Source: Welwitschia mirabilis (Eukaryota). From it: DNA of 51,710 bases. The DNA lies in contig JBOZIK010000001.1 in NCBI GenBank assembly GCA_051453625.1, forward strand, positions 3,998,322 to 4,050,031, read 5' to 3'. The translations under genes were made by a program, and so were the position numbers. How positions within the stretch are numbered: the stretch's first letter is position 1; each line of letters begins with the position of its first letter. Positions 50,005-51,710 of this stretch are shown in pieces. Under the pieces are notes generated by a model. It searched no databases. It saw only the letters and a program-made list of their open reading frames with translations, and was not told where the DNA came from.

Positions 50005-50047
50005 GAAGAGCATTAGACTTCAATACAAACATAGAGGGAGTACTAGA

Positions 50048-51710
50048 AAGAATCTAAGAGCTTTGATGATTATTCCATTATCTTTCACATGGCTTATTGA
50101 AAATTACCTATTTGCCATTCTACATATGAGAGAATCAATTAATTTAAGCTTTATAAAAAGAATTGGAACACCATGGAAAGTAGTCTTCTTATTAGGATTA
50201 AATAATGCTTTAGATTAGGTTTCTTAAAAAATTCATCAATTATGGTAAGATAAATTTTATTTTCAAAGAAGGTTTGATCTAAAATTACATTATTAGATAC
50301 TCATAACCTTTTTTAACACTTCTTTTAAGATTATCATAAAGTCCCTTACTCTAAGATTGAAAAGTATCTTATTTTCAATTATTAAAATTCAGCAAGATGC
50401 TTTTGTCAAAGGTAGATATATCTTGAATAATCTTTTTACTCTAGAAAAAGGTTAAAATTAAAGGATAAAAGCAAATCAAAACCTTACATATCTCAAGATT
50501 GATTGTGAAAAAGTTTTTGATTTAATCTTTAATCTTTTATTTTATTTAAGTTATAGAAATTAGGCTTTGGAGAAAGATTCATTTTCATGATTAGAACTTT
50601 ATTTACTGATGCTAGGGTTATCATTATCATTAATGGTATTTCTTATCAACCTTTTTCCTTAAACTAATCAATTCATCAAGGTCGTCCTATTTATCCCTAT
50701 CTCTACATCCTTGTTACTAATGCTTTGGATCATTTTATAAATAAGAAACTTCAAATAGGTTTACTTCATGGCCTTTATATTTCAAACAATAGCAATATCT
50801 TTGTAGTTACCACTTTATTGATAACTCTTTCTTTTTGGTTAAACATTCTAAATATGATATCAAAGAGCTCTTACATTATATTAATATCCTTTACAAAGAT
50901 TTTATCTCTCTTATCAATTGGGAACACTCACCCTTTTACATAGAGTCTTGGCCAAATATCCTCTTTTATCTTCCTAGAACATTCATCCATCTAGGAGGGA
51001 TCTTTAAAACTCTTAACATTTCCCTTGGCTTTCAATTCATTAGCACTAGCTTTGGTAGTGGATATCCAAAAAAATTAGCACTTGAACCTCCAAAACATTA
51101 ACCTTTACTAGTAGAATTCTTTTGTAAAAATAATTCTTTTATCTCATCATGTCCTTTAATCTTCTTATTTTTCCCACTCTAATGCTATCTATACCTGCGT
51201 TAATAAATGACTTAGAGAGTTTATTTAAAATTTCAAACCTCAAAAATCTATTTTTTATCATGTTGCATAGAAAGCTTGTTATAAATCTAGAAAACTAAGA
51301 GAACTTGAAACTATCTTTCTATTGCTTTAAGAAAAAGCTATTTTTGCAAAATGAATTATTCATGTTTTTAAGGATGATGATTTTTATAAGATCCTTATTT
51401 GTAATGCTATCTATATTGCCTCTCTAAAACATTCTTCTTATTATAAAAGATCTTTTCTAATGTGGTTTTCTTTTGTACCAGTTTTTATTTTTACACTTTT
51501 CCCTTCTTATGAGCCATCTAATTTACTTAAAGTCTCACTAAAAGATTACTTATTTATCCTTATAGAACTATTAACCATAATTTTTCCATTTGGTTCTCTT
51601 ATTTGAATATCTCAAATCCTTTAACTAGTGAAAAAACTACGCTTAGTCTCACTTGAAGAAGTCTAACGCAAATTAAAGATGTTTGGAATCCTAATGATAG
51701 AGGTCCTTGT
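50048..51710 (+). pseudogene. L1-type LINE ORF2 reverse transcriptase region, degenerate; runs off the window
   Basis: QDAFVKGRYILNNL, LKIDCEKVFD, LGFGERFI, IING, SIHQGRPIYPYLYIL match non-LTR RT motifs (Q.AFV.GR.I.DN / K.D.EKAFD / RQG.PLSP.LF). Confidence 0.9.

Larger units (their letters stand above)
31793..50045 (+). mobile_element. Sirevirus 2 (Ty1/copia), highly degenerate, no 3' LTR, interrupted by a chromovirus at 38490-48741
   Basis: 5' LTR with a motif array and C-rich end, PBS, gag-pol, post-pol motif array, and an env-like ORF that resumes after the nested element. The right boundary is approximate. Confidence 0.75.

Overview
This is AT-rich land-plant nuclear heterochromatin from a gappy scaffold (many N runs). 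It contains no intact host gene and is a stack of old, heavily C>T/G>A-mutated retroelements. From left to right: (1) the 3' end of an Athila-type Ty3/gypsy element (integrase, PPT, LTR), followed by an inverted copy of the same LTR. (2) The 3' remnant of a Sirevirus-like copia element. (3) A non-autonomous Tekay-like element (7835-28054, minus strand) with ~3.5 kb LTRs and only ~0.5 kb of internal sequence. A full-length Sirevirus (10209-22201, TSD TTCTA, gag-pol plus env-like ORF) has inserted into its 3' LTR. (4) An L1-type LINE (ORF1 and endonuclease at ~29.6-31.8 kb, RT at ~50.0-51.7 kb), split by a second Sirevirus, which is itself split by a short-LTR chromovirus (38490-48741, minus strand). 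The most unusual items are three. The chromovirus has a ~4.4 kb 5' leader holding a CpG-palindrome tandem array, a TATA box and a decayed antisense gene. A full-length tRNA-Leu(CAG) copy sits inside that element's RT, 33 bp from an LTR terminus. Both long LTRs of the non-autonomous element carry a fossil second LTR end plus PBS. All protein assignments come from manual translation and motif recall; no database searches were run.
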